DNA from: Octopus sinensis
Lineage: Eukaryota
Assembly (NCBI RefSeq): GCF_006345805.1
Contig: NC_042997.1
Location: 132,618,001 to 132,682,000, forward strand
Direction: 5' to 3'
DNA: 64,000 bases
Both the position numbers and the translations under genes were made by a program. Shown here one piece after another: positions 50,928-63,895 of this stretch; the stretch's first letter is position 1, and each line of letters starts with the position of its first letter. The notes under the pieces are model-generated. The model saw only the letters and a list, made by a program, of their open reading frames with translations. It was not told the DNA's origin and ran no database searches.

Positions 50928-50962
<35 letters not shown>

Positions 50963-51186
50963 CATCCATATATGTATGACTATGTGTGTGAGCGTTTGTG
51001 CGCGTGCGCGCAAGTTGGAATACATACATAGGTACATATATGTAAATATATGTTTACAAGTTGTAAGTTGTATCCTATTTTGGTTACGTATAATATGCAC
51101 TAAAGTTTATGGAGTAAAATTTTCTTCATTTTTATGCACAAACTTTTTCTTTACGAAACCTTTTCAATAATATGTGATTCTCCCTC

Positions 51187-51221
<35 letters not shown>

Positions 51222-51339
51222 CTCGCCTAGCGAAAACATACTCGAACATTTTTCAGAGAGAGTTTGATGTCAACAGCGTCGGAGTGAATAACGATTAAAG
51301 TTGTATTTGAGAAAAAGTTAACTGACATAGAGGACTGGA

Positions 51340-51505
51340 AACTATCTGAATACTGGAAAAGAATTAACTGTGTCTTTATGATTCGCATCGGGTATCAAAA
51401 TGTCGACATCATGACTACTACTCAATGTTCTCTAAACACTGTAAAGTCTGCAATGTGTGACATGGACAGCTGCAATGGAGACTACGAAACCGTGGACAGC
51501 AGGCG
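51340..51505 (+). mobile_element. Possible transposase N-terminal fragment (maT-like)
   Basis: MIRIGYQNVDIMTTTQCSLNTVKSAMCDMDSCNGDYETVDSRR resembles a Tc1/maT-type HTH start as recalled; not verifiable here. Confidence 0.4.
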
Positions 51506-54500
51506 TTCTTAAGCACTGAAGCATTGTAAAGTAAGTCGTACCTGCCAAGAAAACAGTGTTAACTTTGTGAACGTGAAATGGAAAGTAATGAAGTCTGCTG
51601 CAAGCTAAATTAAAATAAGGGTTTTAATTTGCATGGCATATCGTAAGAAAAGTAAGTTTGAAATTCTTGTATTAATTACTTTCCAAAGATAAATATTAGA
51701 GTAATGAAAATAATGTAACGTTGTTTAACTTCTTATCTAAGGAGAAAAGAGTAGCAGCCACAATCTCCTTTTGTTTTTTGGATATTCTTTAATTGGTAGG
51801 AGACAAGAAAGTACTCTGTGTACAGGGAACCTTGTTTGGAATGAATGTATGGTATGTAACTCCACTGTAGGCAGTAGTGTTAAGTGAGGCAATGATTAAC
51901 TTTACAGACTAAGGTTTCAAAGCACAAAGAGCCAAAACATGTACTGCAAGGCGTCTGGAGTGACGTTACAATTCCACTACCCTGGATTGATGCTTTATCC
52001 CATCTATCCTGAAAGAATTAATTGCAAAGTTGATTGTAGCGGACTTTGAACTCAGACATCTGAAATAAATACTAAAAGACATACTGCCCGATACTCTATC
52101 CACTCTGTCAATGCGGAACTGTCACTTGGTAACAGAAACTGAGCCAAGAACTTCGTTCTTGGGTGCTGAGTTCATATCTATGTCGTCTGTTAAGACTTCC
52201 TCGTGAAACATAAAGGCGCTACAATTTTAATGAAGGAAGAAATGAAATATTGCGATTGTTATTCTTTTCTCAAACTCACGAGCTCCATAAATGAATTGAA
52301 ATGGTTTGAATTGAGAAGAGAAACTGAGTTACAGTTTCGGTTGGCTCTTTTTCCTGCAAGTGGGAGCCGACTTTTATTCCAATAAGTATTGATTTATTTT
52401 GATTACTCCCAAAATCAATTATTACAAAGCGAAACTTACAGTCGGGTCACTTGATTCAACTTAATTACTGGTTGCTGTTTGACCATCACTGGACACTAGT
52501 GGAAGATAAAATGAATACCAACACATGAAAACAAAAAAAAAAACAAAAAAAACATCGAATTTACAGTCTTTGGTACGGTGCTGTATCAGTTTGTCGTGGC
52601 TCTTTTTATGGCTCTAGTTTCATTCAAACATTGCTAGAATGATATTCGTTCACAAATAATAATGGTGAATCTTTTATTATATTCACCATTAATTGGAAAT
52701 TGTTTTATTTTATTTTTTATCCTTATTAAATAACTTCTCTCAATCGTTCTTTCACCATAAACGCCAATTTTCATTATTTTCATTCTTTACTATAAATTGC
52801 AACTTAATGTTCCATGTTCTGTCATCATTCATACTTTTGTTCATTTGCTATGGAAGACAACTAACTACATCTAATTCGGTAAACCCCTTTAATTTATTCT
52901 TAATTAAGGAAGATGTAATTAACTTTTCCTAAATGATGGGAGACCTTTGCAAAGCAAAAAGAGAAAACTCACAAAAAAAAAGCCATTGCTTAATCTAAAT
53001 ACACATTCAAGCTATCGGTTACATTTCAAGGTCGAGCCTTTGAGTGATATAATCTAACTTGCGCTTTTATCTCTTGTTCATTATTTATATTCATGTGTAT
53101 CCTGTTTTGACTGTAATAGCTACATACGTCGGATTACGACTGAAGCTACTAAAATAGTTAAACTGATAAGATGTTGAGTTCTGTGAGAAATAAATAGTAA
53201 ACAAGATGAAGCAGCATTTTCAGTTACCCTTCGTGCCCTTTCTGAAATCAGCTGGCATCACAGGTTGTCGTGGAAACTGTAATTCAAAGATATCTCACAC
53301 TAAGTTGTCAAATGAAAGTAACGAATTCATTTTCTAGAATTATTTTCAAGAACCATGAAATTTACTTAGATAGTAGACGCGTCAGACAAGATTTTTTAGT
53401 ACAGTTAGTTTCTCAAATCTAGGTTCTATGGAGTCTAAATGTGCCGAATCGAAAGGGTATCGGACAACCAACCGATAGGTTGTTGTCATTTCGCATACTA
53501 TCACGGGTAGCATATTGCAATTGTAGCCAAGAAAACGTAACTTCTCCCAACTTGTCTAGTTTATTAAGCTGTCAAGTAGGCACCAGGGGGTAAGAACAAC
53601 TCGCCAGCTCTGTAAAACTGTTTAAAGTGTTTTTAAGCTAGCTTAGACAAGCACTCTCCTAAGACTGATTTACCTCATCTCTGCCTAACACGATGGAAAT
53701 AGAGACAAAACATTAACACCAGGCCACTAGACTGATGTGGTCTGTGAAAACACATCCATTTCTGAAATCAATTTTTACGGTGGGAAACTTTGCTTCGTTT
53801 GTGTTCAAGTGCAGATGTTACTAAAGGAGAAAAGTGTACGAAACATTTATAATCCAGTCTTACTCACTTTATGAGTAATGAGTCACCGAAACGTTCTCTA
53901 AGTAGTCAAGAAATAATATGCAATTATCCATCAGATTATACTAAACTATATTAAAAATGAAGAACTCACTGGATAAAATAGTCATTTTTGTGGTATATTT
54001 TAATATAAGTCGAGCAGGTCACGGTTAGAATGCCTTTCACCGTAGGTCTGTTTGATGCAGATTGACCTAGGGTTAAGCAATCTTTTGGATGACGTTACAT
54101 AAAAAGACAGTTCTAAATGCAAGAACACTGCAGTATTCGGTTTGAAAATATCAAAAGACAAAAGTCATTTAATGAAAGAAGACTAGGTTGGCAGTGATGT
54201 AGTTATATTATATCAGATCAAAGTGGTTCTGATTTTGGCATCATATCCATACCACAATAACAACCGCCGCCACCACTACAACAACGTTGAGATAAGTAAT
54301 AAACTACACCGACAAGGACCCCTGCATGTGGTCACTCGAGTTGGATAAAATAGCAGCCAAATCTCTTTCTAATCACGTCTTACAGTCTTAAAAAGAAAAG
54401 TAAAGACACTGGATACTGTAGTTTCATTTAAGATCTGCGTTCTTAGCTCAAAACGTGCCGAAGGTAGCTTTGCCTTCTACACTTTCGGGGACGATAAATA

Positions 54501-54763
54501 AAGTATTAGTGTTGTATTAGAGTTGATTCTTCCTCTCCCTTTCTCTTTCTATTGTCCTGTAAATTCGATGTTTCCATCTTGCCACATTGTATCACGTTGC
54601 CGATACTGCCTGTGATATATATCAAATGATCAGGTGTCTGCAGAATACTCAGCCACCTACACGTTAATTTCAGAAATAGAAATTCAGTTGGTCAAACAAT
54701 TGAATGCTCATCATCAACTGGAGTGGATTAAATTTGAATTAGAGCTTAGAAATTTAGGACACA

Positions 54764-55345
54764 CGAAATGCCTGTTTCTTTACTACCCACAAGGGGCCAA
54801 ACACAGAGAGGACAAACAAGGATAGACAAATGGATTAAGTCGATTATATCGACCCCAGTGGGTAACTGGTACTTATTTAATCGACCCCGAAAGGATGAAA
54901 GGCAAAGTCGACCTCAGCGGAATTTGAACTCAGAACGTAGCGGCAGACGAAATACCTATTTCTTTATTACCCACAAGGGGCCAAACACAGAGAGGACAAA
55001 CAAGGATAGACAAACGGATTAAGTCGATTATATCGACCCCAGTGGGTAACTGGTACTTAATTAATCGACCCCGAAAGGATGAAAGGCAAAGTCGACCTCA
55101 GCGGAATTTGAACTCAGAACGTAGCGGCAGACGAAATACCTATTTCTTTATTACCCACAAGGGGCTAAACATAGAGGAGACAAACAAGGACAGACATAGG
55201 TATTAAGTCGATTATATCGACCCCAGTGCGTAACTGGTACTTAATTTATCGACCCCGGCGGAATTCGAACTCAGAACGTAACGGCAGACGAAATACCGCT
55301 AAGCGTTTCGCCCGGCGTATTAACGACTCTGCAAATTCGCTGCTG
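54764..55345 (-). mobile_element. Head-to-tail trimer of SINE A1, 184-bp period
   Basis: Junctions at 54773, 54957 and 55141, all cgaaatrcct|rtttcttt. Confidence 0.94.
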
Positions 55346-55859
55346 TCCACAACCATATCTAAGAAAAAACAAAACAAAAAAAAAAACAACAGATGGGGTA
55401 GTCACGATTGGAAATTTTTAATCAGAGCTCTGATCAGCAGAGGCTGTGTTGTAGCTAAACAAACAACATTATTAGCGTTAGCAAATGCGTATTACACCCA
55501 CTTCATTCTACTCGCTTTCTTCCTCAACTGCAATTCGCCACTGTTTGAATGCCTTCGTTAGTAAATCTGTTCAAGGAGGACTGACCTTGGGAGACTAAAC
55601 AGCAACGATAACAACCGCTGAGACATGCTGAAATTTAAAATTTTAGCAAGCAGTAATTCTTTGAAGCATGCAGATTTGTTCTGAATGTACAGCGCAATTT
55701 GTATACTAGGTTTGTACACGATATGGAAATAGCAGCGTCTAATCAGAAGAGATGAGTCCTCCTCAGAAGAGATGTACTTATGTTATATCTGATATAATAA
55801 GGATTTATTTAGAAGAGATGCACAATCAGAATAGTTAAGTCTTCTATCCTCTCTTAGAT

Positions 55860-56810
55860 CAAATGAGTCCTATAAGTTCTGTATTTAATGCGAACTGACA
55901 CGCAGGTCAGTAATCATTTAAACAAATTAATCTTTGCCAGATTAATAACAATTGTCGAATTTACAGAGCCGGCCAGATGTTCTTAGTCTGCGGTGCAATA
56001 CATTAAAGAAAGAGCTTTTTACACATTTTTAAAAAAGATTTTACATGTGATTTGTAGTGCGAGAGGTAAGACGATGACATCACAAACGCCTCCAGTATTT
56101 TACACAGCAGGGAGTAAAAAATATAGAACCTAGCACAGCTGTTCCAATTGTCTCATAGAAGCAGAGTCTACTGGACGGAGTGGATGAGTGCATAGCAATC
56201 CTTCCAGAATAGAAGAATCATCCAGTTATCATCAACAAAAGTGGTAATAGATTGGATATTGTACTCGCCTCACTTTCATCAAAAGTGATTCTGACTGAAC
56301 TCACTGTGTCATACAAAAATAGAACGAAGGAAGCTCACATCTACAAAACCAAAACATATGACAGATTATCCGTTAGGCTGAGAGAATCTGGTTCGCAAAC
56401 CTTGTCATAGAGGTAGGTGAAAGAGGGTTTGTGGGTAAATCTGTATATGATCTCATAAAACAGCTTTCAATTTCTGGGAGGCAATGTTAGAAGCAGCTGA
56501 GTTCCAAATGGATCTGGTAAAGAGAGGTAGAGAGAGTTCTAAATTGATCTGGTCAAGAAGGAATGGAAATGAATTTCAAAAGGCATAATTTACCTTACAA
56601 TCAACTGGCATCTTTGAGTTATAACACCCGAGGTACTTTGGATCTGGGGCACCTTTATTACCCAGGAAGGCAATAGCACGGAATGTAAAAGCAGAGGAGC
56701 ATCCTGGAGTCGTGACCTAAATCCCGCCCAGCCTCCTTAGAGTGTAAGGAATTAAGGGTCAAGACAATTGTATGAAGAGAGCATGAGGGCCTCTACTCTG
56801 AAAACCTGCT
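55860..56810 (+). mobile_element. Degenerate HERO/NeSL-like RLE retrotransposon 3' fragment
   Basis: DIVL..SSKVILTELTVSY..EAHIYK..Y..L..EVGERGFVGKS..WIW.KR pattern. Confidence 0.65.
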
Positions 56811-57169
56811 TTTCAGTTCTCTTTAGAGTTTCTTACTACTTAATTCGAAAGCAACCAGCAATAAAACCCGTCTCAAGAAATGATTTAGTATGTTAAGATA
56901 TATAAAATAAAAGAACGGGGGGAAAATCCACGAAGTTGCTTGACGATCATAAAACGAGCGACGCAAAATTTAATAGAATTAAGATTATATTTACCTGAGA
57001 AGCAAGAAGGAAGAGAGCACCACAAGAAAGACATTTGAAGACTGAAACTACTAGAGTAGAAATACATTTTACATGTGGGTAAAATAACTGTGAAATAATG
57101 AGAATTAGCAGAAAATGAGTCGTTGAATTAGTAACTTTAGAAGAGTTACGAAAGAAGAACAAATATTCT

Positions 57170-57410
57170 TTTCTTTTCTAGGCATAAAGCCCGAAGTTTT
57201 TTTGAGGAGGGGTTCAGTTGATTAGATCGACCCCAGTACGCAACTGGTACTTAATTTATCGATGCCGAGTGTATGAAAGGCAAAGTCAAATTCCGCCGAG
57301 ATCGGCAAAATCGACCTCGGCGGAATTTGAACTCAGATCGTAAAGACAGACGAAATATCGCAAAGCATTTCACTCGGCGTGCTGACGTTTCTGCCAGATC
57401 ACCGCCTTAG
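57170..57410 (-). mobile_element. SINE family A2
   Basis: ctaggcataaagcccgaag..gaccccagtacgcaactggtac..gaatttgaactcaga. Confidence 0.87.
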
Positions 57411-57737
57411 GAACAACAAGTATTGAGGCATTGACTGAACAGAGAGATGGAGAAAAGCAGTGCCTCGGAAATAAAAGAAGGTTTGACGCTTAGCTTTCAA
57501 AACAGATCCGATTATGTTAGAAAATCGCTTTTGAACTCGTTTTATTGAATCTGAATCTGGTGCATCTATAACCGTTACCAGATCTACTGTATTAGTTTCT
57601 ATATGCTTTATATATGATACAAAAAGTTTAACTCAAAACACCAAAGCCTTGGTGGTTTGAGCTAAATTGGAGGTGAAAATGTCTAACTGGCTTTTACATA
57701 CAAAAACTGGTGGGGTGCATTATATTTAAAACCATAT

Positions 57738-57936
57738 ACCCTCTTTTACTCTTTTACTTGTTTCAGTCATTTGACTGCGGCCATGCTGGAGCACCGCCTT
57801 TTAGTGGTGCAAATCGACCCCCAGGTCTTATTCTTTGTAAGCTTAGTACTTATTCTATCGGTCTCTTTTGCCGAACCGCATCGGTTGTCAAGCGATGTTG
57901 AGGGGGGACAAACACAGACACACAAACACACGCACA

Positions 57937-57980
<44 letters not shown>

Positions 57981-58146
57981 CGACGGGCTTCTTTCAGTTT
58001 CCGTCTACCAAATCTACTCACAAGGCTTTGGTCGGCCCGAGGCTATAGTAGAAGACACTTGCCCAAGGTGGCACGCAGTGGGACTGAACCCGGAGCCATG
58101 TGGTTAGTGAGCAAGCTACTTACCATACATCCACTCCCACGCCTAT
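57738..58146 (-). mobile_element. SINE family C, full length
   Basis: Head, internal (TA)n/(TG)n, (taaaagag)n tail. Confidence 0.93.
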
Positions 58147-59249
58147 AGGACACCGTGTATGAAATAGTTCTGTATATTCTTCTATTCTTTAATTATTTCA
58201 GCCCCTGGATAGTTGCTATCCTGAGGCTCCACCTTTAAGGGTTTAGTCAATTATATCGATCCCAGTACTTAACTAGGTGATCGTCTTTAAAGATTTCTAT
58301 TTTTAAAAAATGGTTGAATAATGCCTGACAAAAAGACGGAACAGGCACAACTGGAATGTGTTTTATCACAGGGCTGCTTTATAAAGATTGACATGAAGTT
58401 TAAACTACAACAATCCTCACACAATACTATCATAAACGGTTATGTCTCGGATACGTTCGTGCTTCATTTCTGGCTACTAAGCCTGTAAATTCTTCCTAGG
58501 AATTCTCTTCCTCATAATAAGTTATTACAGACCTCAATGCGTGAAAATACCCTGTTTATTTCTCAACCGAATTATTGAGTTGTTATATCTCCGTTATTAC
58601 CACTAATTTACATGCTGAATGAATATATATGTACGTTAGCAACAGAAATCCATTTTCATTGTTATTAGATCAATAATACGTTTAGAACATTATTGTGAAA
58701 CTAGATAAATACTCATTTAAAGACGGAGAGTCATGAATTCATCGTAACCAATAAAGAGAATCATCAATGCCGTGAAAATGGTTTTCTTCTCTTTTTTTCT
58801 CATTCTTCCCTCTTCTTCGATAATCTGTATGTGCTAAATGAGGTTACACATTTAATTTCGTGCTTGACTTGAAACGAATTTCTATCTTTTGCATATAGTA
58901 GGGTGAAAGACAATTAGGTTGTTTTGATAGTTGAAATGTAGGTCATGCTTGTGATGTTGTTGTTGTTGTTGCCGTTGTTACTGTTGTTGTTGTTGTTGTT
59001 GTTGTAGTTATTAGGACGTAGCATCTTTGTACCAACAACAGAAGATATAACAAGGCCAAATCTGATAGCTAAGTAAGAGGAATAAATAGAAACGATTCGA
59101 TTCATTAAATAGCAGAAAATATACCAAAAAGTGGGAAAAAGAAAAAAAAAATGTAAAATTAATAATTATTGACGCCAACTTCAAGAGATATCCAGCAGAT
59201 TAGTTTTCGCGAAACCAAAATTATATATAAATACACGCTGCTATATGTA

Positions 59250-59265
59250 TATATATTGCATATAT

Positions 59266-59329
<64 letters not shown>

Positions 59330-59696
59330 TGTATGTATGTATGTATATATATATATATATATACATACATGCGTATATATACATATATATATGTGTGTAA
59401 GTGTGTGTATCTAAATATATATATATGCACACACACACACACACACACACGCATATATATATATATATTTATAGAGAGAGAGAGAGGGAGAAAAACTGAT
59501 ATATATATATACACACACATAATAGTATTTGTGTATGTGCATATATTAATTATGTGTAATGCGTGTTATATGAATATATACATACATATACATATACAGG
59601 CACATACACATAATCATTATTTGTATGCATATATACATGTGTGCGTATACATATTAATTATGCGTACATGCGTGTGTATATGGATGTATACATATA

Positions 59697-59743
<47 letters not shown>

Positions 59744-59745
59744 AT

Positions 59746-59784
<39 letters not shown>

Positions 59785-59804
59785 ATATATATGTACACAC
59801 ACAT

Positions 59805-59844
<40 letters not shown>

Positions 59845-59930
59845 GTACACACATACAAGCAACCATCCAACCATATATACATATTTAATTAGTGCTTGTA
59901 TATGTGTGTGTGTGTGTGTGTGTATTTATG
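59250..59930. repeat. (TA)n/(CA)n/(TG)n low-complexity block
   Basis: Direct reading. Confidence 0.93.
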
Positions 59931-60394
59931 CTATATGTGTTTATATTCCAGAATACATTCCCAAGCACAATCATTATCAGCACCAAAGAAAACTTAAATA
60001 GACAGAAAATCTATCATATACATACGCCGAACACTTCCATAAACGGATATACACTCGCACAAATACAACCATTGATAAACATGCGCAAACTGATACCTGC
60101 TCACATATATGTACATAATTACCATCATGAAGGGCGGGGAAAGGAAACCTATATGGAGCCTAGAAATAGCAGCCACATCTTCTTTCAATCATAATCTACA
60201 GATTTAAAAACAAAGAAAGACTCCTTTAAGTAATGTAGTCTTAAAACATCCCGAACGGGCGCGATGGTCACGGCTCGGATACGTTTCATCACAGGGTTGC
60301 CTGGGACTTGACTTAGAAAAGAAAAAGAAACTAAAGAAAGAAAAAACAAAAAAATCTACCTCCTCTGTCACTTTTATAAATACACCTATTATTA

Positions 60395-60467
60395 CCACCA
60401 CCACCACCACCACCACCACCACCACCACCACACCACCACCACCACCACCACCACCACCACCACCACC

Positions 60468-60532
<65 letters not shown>
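60395..60532. repeat. (CCA)n followed by (CAA)n
   Basis: Direct reading. Confidence 0.95.
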
Positions 60533-60533
<1 letters not shown>

Positions 60534-61129
60534 TACACACTTGGAGATTATCTATCGATGCAGTATGTTATGTACGTTAACTTTTGTGCGCAGAATTCGA
60601 ATATAATTTGGTATCCATTCATGTATATAACACTAGTAGATGTAACACACTGCAAACAAAAATCTAATTTCCTTCCACAGAACAATATTAAATTTACAGT
60701 GTTCTGTTCATATAATAGACAATTGATTTATCTAAACACCACAGTCATAAGACGAACTCCAGATTTTCGAGGAAACTAGCTTCGTATATGTCGGCAAAAA
60801 TCAGTTTAATAAAGCACGTAAATAAATAACCTTAACGTGTCGTGAAGATAAAAACATTCCATAATTCTCCTCTTCCAAGATTTTATCGTTTTTCTTAAAG
60901 CTTTATTAAAGAAAAACATGCAGCTGTTGATCAAATAAACGATCTATTCATTGAATTTGAAGTGCGAAGCGGTTCACACGAGTAGTTTTAGCGGAATTCT
61001 CTTGTAGAAACAGCGCGACACAAGGTAACGAGGCGGGAACGATTGAATTGCAGGCAGAGTTCTTTTGGCGGCCTTCTTATTGCTCCTCCCTATAAATTCA
61101 TTCATGATATATATATAAGCGGAGAACCT

Positions 61130-61460
61130 CCCCTCTTCGGGCACGAATGACCATCGCATTGCACCTAGAAAGTTACCCTCCAAGGCACAAGTCCGGACAA
61201 GGTTGTTTATGGAAGATGAACAGTCGCCCATGCACTCCAGCCTCTCCTCTTCACGCCACCGATATTATCCAAGGGAAAGGCAAAGGCCGATACAGCTTGA
61301 CATCAGTGACGTCGCAACTCATTTCTACAGCTGAGTGAAATGGAGCAACGTAAAATAAAGTGTTTTGCTCAAGAACACAACACGCAGCCCGGTCCAGGAT
61401 TCGAACTCACAACCTCAGGGTTGTACGATCGACGCTCTAACCACTCAGACATGCGCCTTC
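61130..61460 (-). mobile_element. SINE family D with tail D2
   Basis: Reverse complement tgaaggcgcatgtctgagtggttag..gtgttcttgagcaaaacactttattttacgttgctcc..cttgtgccttggagggtaactttctaggtgcaat. Confidence 0.88.
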
Positions 61461-61461
61461 A

Positions 61462-61532
<71 letters not shown>

Positions 61533-61668
61533 GACTCAATATGATTTAAGTACTTGACTGTTTTATACGCAAATGGAATCGACATAGATGTATATGTATA
61601 TGTGTGTGTATGTATGCACACACGATTGTATATATGTGAATACGATCATATTTGTATACGCATAGATG

Positions 61669-61736
<68 letters not shown>

Positions 61737-62029
61737 CATAAAATTCTGTCGAATGTACAACGGCTCAGCTTCTCTTACCGCTCAAACTCCAACTTGAACT
61801 ACATCTAAAACGAATGTGATAATGTAGCTGCCTGGCAAAGAAAGGCTTTATTGGTTCATCAGCGAGCGTATAGATATATATATATATATATATTAGAAAG
61901 AAAGAATGAACAAGCAAAATATTTGGCATCACTTTAGAGTGTAATATATAACTGAAACAGAATTGCATCTTCAGAAAGAAAGAATTAAGGAATATCCTTA
62001 ATAAAAGGCATTAGTAGTTACTAGTTTCA

Positions 62030-62772
62030 TCGCCGAAGAATGAAAGAAGATACTCATCAACAAATCTGTCCTTAAGGGAGCCAAGAAACATCGCCAAAAT
62101 CTCTTAGCAGTATGTTTAGGCTACAAGAAAGCATTCGACTCTGTCCTTCACTCATGGATGATAGAATCACCACACGTTGTGAAAGTACCAGCTGCGATAG
62201 AGCATGCCATCGAAAGAGACTGGCAACTACTAAAGCAACACCTATTGTTACAAACAATTAAGTCAGCAACAGGCAAATTGCAGAGTGATAGCTTGCCTGT
62301 AATGTTGTCTGGACTGACAGTGAACCACTTGTAAACAAAATTCCAAGGTTACATGCTAGTATATACAGAAAAGGATAAAAATTAATGTAAGCCACACATT
62401 TTTTCTTGATGTACTCAAGTCATATTTTGGTAACATGAGTAACGTCAAGAGACAATTAGTCGCAACATTCTCACGGAATATATGAATGAAGTTTGGGCAA
62501 GTTACTCTTTCACTCTTTTACTCTTTTACTTGTTTCAGTCATTTTGACTGTGGCCATGCTGGAGCACCACCTTTTTAGTCGAGCAAATCGATCCTCAAAA
62601 CTTAATCTTTGTAAGCCCAGTACTTATTCTATCGTTCTGTTTTGCCGAACCGCTAAATTACAGGGACGTAAACACACCAGCATGTTGGGGGGACAAACAC
62701 AGACACACAAACATACATACATACATACACACATGCATATATATATATGCTAGGGGGACAAACACAGACACA

Positions 62773-62834
<62 letters not shown>

Positions 62835-63895
62835 ACGGGCTTCTTTCAGTTTCCGTCTACCAAATCCACTCACAATATTTGGTCGGCCCGAGGCTATAAT
62901 AGAAGACACTTGCCCAAGGTGCTACGCAGTGGGACTGAACCCGGAACCATGTGGTTGGTAAGCAAGCTACTTACCACACAGCCACTCCTACGCCTGTTAA
63001 ATACTCATTCGTGATAGTCAACGGAGGAAGGATTGTCGACAAAGAACACGTGCATCAATGGCTTGTCTATCTCCCCTATGATGAACACAAGTGCCTCGGA
63101 ACCGATGCGAATGCTGCACACGTTGGTGCTGTGGTAAAAACCAGAATAACAAAAGAGTATTTCTGCATAATCCGGAAAATTTAGAACTCAGAACTGTTTG
63201 CATTTAGCAAGAATATATCTCACAATACTTATGCAGTGCCAGCGCTAGTACCACCATTTAGGATGTTGGACTGGACACTTGACGAAATCTGCAACCTGGA
63301 CATCAAAAGTACAAATATACTTACCACCACTGACAACTTCTACATCAACATCCACGCCGACAAAATTTATGTGAGGCAAAGAGGTGGTAGCAGAAGCATA
63401 ATATCAGTCCAAATAGCTTTTGAATTTTGCATTGTATCGATCGGACAACACCTGCTGAACAATAAAGAAATATATACATACTCAAAAATGAGAGAAACAG
63501 CATCTTTAGAGTTGGAGAAGAAATACTGTGCAGGTACTCTGAAAACACAACTGTTTCATGCGACCCAGAGGAGGCTGGACTGACCTACCTAAACAAAAGC
63601 TTGGAGGAGAAACCTGCTTCATACAAGCAAAGAGCAGCGTATGGGTGTATATCTTGTAAGCATTGAGAGGAAAAGTAGTCACTCCTTGACCTGTAATACG
63701 TACATCCCATCCCATCGAGAAGGATATATACCTCCGCTATTCAGGAACAGGAGATAGCTACAAAATACATGATAAACAAGAAAAACAAAGATAGCACGAA
63801 ACATCCGGGTTGTAACAACGTGTAAGATATCACCCGTATCATCAGCAGCTTCAGGACATTACCTATCTCTGAGGTATGATATAGTTACAAAGATT
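62030..63895 (+). mobile_element. Old R4-like element (lineage 2) split by a SINE C insertion
   Basis: LINKSVL..YKKAFDSVLHSW (62040-62260); TKEYF..NTYAVPAL..LDWTLDEI..DKIYVRQRGG; EGYISAIQEQEIATKY. Confidence 0.82.
62505..62995 (-). mobile_element. SINE family C with internal duplication
   Basis: ggggacaaacacagacacacaaaca occurs twice (~62688 and ~62754). Confidence 0.92.

Larger units (their letters stand above)
46873..50931 (+). mobile_element. Young Penelope-like element PLE-3 (Neptune-like) with 1.23-kb inverted 5' duplication
   Basis: IKEADKGSAVV, FYGLPKIHK, LRPIV, SFDVINLYTNIP, GIAMGTKAAP, YLDDCF, LPFLDL, CARSNCGTC, LIYVLTC..YVGQT..R; 46873-48107 is the reverse complement of 49703-50931. 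Confidence 0.96.

Noticed and set aside
54764-55345. Regularly spaced repeats resembling a CRISPR array
   Set aside because: 184-bp near-identical SINE units with no unique spacers; eukaryotic context
60230-60300. Minus-strand GTGATGA as a C/D snoRNA box C
   Set aside because: No terminal box D or closing stem found
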